The translations under genes were made by a program, and so were the position numbers. From positions 134,046,001 through 134,110,000 of the forward strand of contig NC_086097.1 of assembly GCF_963921235.1 (NCBI RefSeq): 64,000 nt of DNA, read 5' to 3'. This document shows, piece by piece, positions 63,365 through 64,000 of this stretch. The first letter of the stretch is position 1; each line of letters begins with the position of its first letter. The notes beneath the pieces are model-generated. The model was not told where the DNA came from. It did not search any database and saw only the letters and a program-made list of their open reading frames with translations. This DNA is from Mobula hypostoma. Taxonomy: Eukaryota.

Positions 63365-64000
63365 AGTTCAAAGTAAATTTATTATCAAAGTACATATATG
63401 TCACCATATACAGCCCTGAAATTCATTTTCCTGTGGACATACTCAATAAATCTGTAGAGTACTAACCATGAGAGAATCAATTAAAGACAATAAACTGTAC
63501 AAATACAAATAGAAAGAAATGATAATGAATAATTATGCAATAAATATCGAGAACATGAGATTAAAAGTCCTTGAAAGTAAGTCCATTGGTTGTGGGAACA
63601 CTTCAATGATGGGGCAAGTGAAGTTATCTCCTTTGGTTCAAGAGCCTGATGGCTGAGAGGTAGTAACTGTTCCTGAACCTGGTGGTGTGAGATCTGGGGC
63701 TTCTATACCTTCTTCCTGATGGCAGCTGTGAAAGGAGAACATATCCTGCGTGGTAAGGGTCATTGATGATGGATGTTGCTTTCCTCCAGCAATATTTCAT
63801 GTAGATGTGTACAGTGATGGGGAGGGCTTTACCTGTAATGGACTGAGCCATGTCCATTGCATTTTGTAGGATTTTCTGTTCAAGGCCATTGGTGTTTCCG
63901 TACCAGGCTGTGATGCAACCAGTCAATATGCTCTCCACCACACACCTATAGACGTTTGTCAAAGTTATAGATGTCATGCCAAATCTTTGCAAACCCCTAA
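63365..64000 (-). mobile_element. L2/Rex-Babar-type LINE 3' end (runs off the window)
   Basis: ORF 63624-63992: YRCVVESILTGCITAWYGN...LPSGRRYRSPRSHTTRFRNSYYLSAIRLLN. Confidence 0.88.

Noticed and set aside
37690..64000. Search for ptgr3 exon 2 (FVGVNASDINYSAGRY...)
   Set aside because: No matching ORF or motif found by eye; a heavily decayed copy could be missed without tBLASTn.
1..64000. CRISPR arrays, operons, rRNA or other prokaryotic systems
   Set aside because: No regularly spaced repeat-spacer array, no gene-dense coding and no rRNA-like sequence; the content is vertebrate intronic and intergenic DNA.

Overview
Vertebrate nuclear DNA, most likely a cartilaginous fish (batoid-like repeat content; inference from the CR1, Penelope-like, V-SINE and Deu-SINE copies). 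It is not prokaryotic, and nearly all ORF-track entries are spurious or transposon debris. The window holds the first coding exon of the teashirt gene tshz1 (minus strand, 35740-35779, MPRRKQQAPRRSA followed by a GTAAG donor), more than 35 kb of its first intron (1-35739), its CpG-rich promoter, and about 28 kb of upstream DNA ending in nested LINEs. Main discoveries: (1) a decayed Gypsy-type LTR element in the intron whose RT/RNase H/integrase core is replaced, in frame at both junctions, by an intronless host RBM25 RRM fragment; (2) a frameshifted remnant of ptgr3/zadh2 exon 1 head-to-head with tshz1, a candidate unitary pseudogene; (3) a consensus DR5 retinoic-acid response element and several Pbx-Hox/Meis motif clusters in non-repetitive blocks; (4) several minimal hammerhead-ribozyme motifs at Penelope-like termini. 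All protein identifications come from my recall of family sequences and were aligned by eye. No searches were run, and repeat boundaries are approximate.
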